DNA from: Thermoplasmata archaeon
Lineage (GTDB): Archaea; Thermoplasmatota; Thermoplasmata; Thermoplasmatales; GCA-001856825
DNA length: 63,829 nt
Direction: 5' to 3'
Assembly: GCA_023256615.1 (NCBI GenBank)
Contig: JAGDXO010000027.1
Coordinates: 1-63,829, forward strand
Positions 62,571 to 63,829 of this stretch are shown piece after piece. Position numbers and translations under genes: made by a program. Under the pieces are notes generated by a model. That model was given only the letters and a program-made list of their open reading frames with translations, was not told the origin of the DNA and searched no databases. Numbering within the stretch: the stretch's first letter is position 1; every line of letters starts with the position of its first letter.

Positions 62571-62848
62571 TCTTGGATTATTCGTGGGAATTAGGCAGGT
62601 TAAAAGAAACCGGGAAATATGTATTAGGGGAAAAAATGACAATGAAAATGCTGAAGAAGGGTCAGTTAAAGGCTGTGGTATACTGTGAAGAACCTCATTT
62701 GAAGGAAAAGTTTGAAAAATTGCAGGGAATAAAATACTCTGTTCCCCTGAATTCTTTACAGCTTGGCACCATTTTTGGAAAACCCTTTTCTGTGAGTGTT
62801 GTCGGCGTAGTGGATTCAGGCGATTCAGCTTTCAAGGGGAATGATTGA
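62567..62848 (+). CDS. rpl30e: 50S ribosomal protein eL30 (divergent)
   Basis: [24 protein letters not shown]; canonical position. Confidence 0.85.
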   Translation: MILDYSWELGRLKETGKYVLGEKMTMKMLKKGQLKAVVYCEEPHLKEKFEKLQGIKYSVPLNSLQLGTIFGKPFSVSVVGVVDSGDSAFKGND

Positions 62849-63282
62849 AGTTGGGAGAAATAACTCTTGATACAAGGAGTCTGGATCTTATAAAGATGTT
62901 TGAGTCCATGGTGGGAGTTCCAGTTAAGGACGTCATGGAAACGGAGGACGTTATATTCTTCGTTCTTGAAAAGGGTGGAACATATAAATTATTCACCAGT
63001 GATGATAAGAAAAAGGCACTTGAAAAGGTCAAGGAAATGTTGAAAAAGAGGATAAATATTTTGGATTTCTCTCCAGATCCTGAACAGTTCTTCAGAAACC
63101 TCTTCTATAGGTATAAAGTTTCAGCCCTCAATGTAACTGCAGGTGAAAGCGGTTACGTGGTCAATGTGAAGGTTGATCCAAATTACAAAGCTTCAGCGAT
63201 TGGTAAGGGAGCAAAAAACCTTAAAACAGCACTTACCTTAGCAAGAAGATATTTCACAATTGCCAAACTCTATATAGAGTAA
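62845..63282 (+). CDS. nusA: Transcription factor NusA (KH domains)
   Basis: AIGKGAKN; position after rpl30e. Confidence 0.88.
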   Translation: MKLGEITLDTRSLDLIKMFESMVGVPVKDVMETEDVIFFVLEKGGTYKLFTSDDKKKALEKVKEMLKKRINILDFSPDPEQFFRNLFYRYKVSALNVTAGESGYVVNVKVDPNYKASAIGKGAKNLKTALTLARRYFTIAKLYIE

Positions 63283-63352
63283 TTTTTACATTTTATTATT
63301 TTAAATTATATTTTGAAGAAAGTGTGTTAAGTAATTCCTTGATTTTATGCAT

Positions 63353-63829
63353 TCAGCTCACTACCGTGTTCTTTCTGAGAATGAAATAACAGTAGATCTT
63401 CATTACAGCCTCATGAATCTGATATATCAGCTTCCTTGCCCTTATTGTTTCTCCCACCACTCTCTTCAAAGCTGAGAAGAATATCTCGACACTCCATCTC
63501 TTTCCATAATTCATCTCCCTCTTCCATTCTTCTATACCCTCTTTTCTTATACTCCTCACTATCATGGCCATGTAGGGAGAACCTCTTGGTAGTGTGGAAG
63601 AGTTCTCCCTTGGTGGAATCACAGCTTCAATTCCCTTGCTGTATAGAAAATTGAAGTTGCCTCTTGAATCATAAGCTCCATCCCAGTACACCATCTTCAC
63701 CTTGTCTGCTATTGGACTGAGAATCTTCCTGAATTCCCTGCTGTCATGGGAATGCTCGTCCGTAATTGAGAAAGAAACTATGTTCATGGTATCCCCGTCT
63801 ATTGCAACATGCATCTTTATCCATCCCTT
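63353..63829 (-). mobile_element. IS5-family (IS903-like) DDE transposase, 5' part beyond window
   Basis: Frame open to the edge (KGWIKMHVAID), DGAYD, IPPR, YGKRWSVE..FS..KR; possible terminal IR near 63321-63336. Confidence 0.9.

Noticed and set aside
31..63654. Numerous short antisense or nested ORFs in the track (e.g. 31..273, 3457..3855, 14349..14747, 62066..62557)
   Set aside because: Shadow ORFs opposite or within well-supported genes or elements, with no motifs.

Overview
Core-chromosome segment of an AT-rich archaeon, most consistent with Thermoplasmatales/Thermoplasmata (fused rpoB, long SecY and Rpo1C, no L34e/L14e in the r-protein cluster). It is bounded by two partial insertion sequences: the 3' tail and omega-RNA/right end of a tnpB element at left, and an IS5-family transposase at right. 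Contents: xerA; rpiA; class II ribonucleotide reductase with a divergent regulator; the S10/spc r-protein superoperon (rpl3 to secY-adk-DUF106-cmk-cbf5); NAD salvage; cysS, pheS, proS; coaBC and pantoate kinase; a cobalamin/iron ABC importer; purM; pyrC; queE; a sufR/sufCBDSU locus; meaB; FBP aldolase/phosphatase; and the RNA polymerase operon. Three genes missing from the ORF track were added (rps14, rpl40e, a 54-aa ORF). The most unusual item is a CRISPR-less Cas4-family Fe-S nuclease with about four transmembrane helices inserted inside the nuclease fold, preceded by a small acidic ORF. Also notable: a multi-stem RNA leader before rpl3, palindromic or tandem operators at xerA, nrdJ, suf and fbp, and a decayed tnpB right end after sufU. 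No tRNA, rRNA or CRISPR array was seen. All calls come from motif recognition by eye; no database searches were run.
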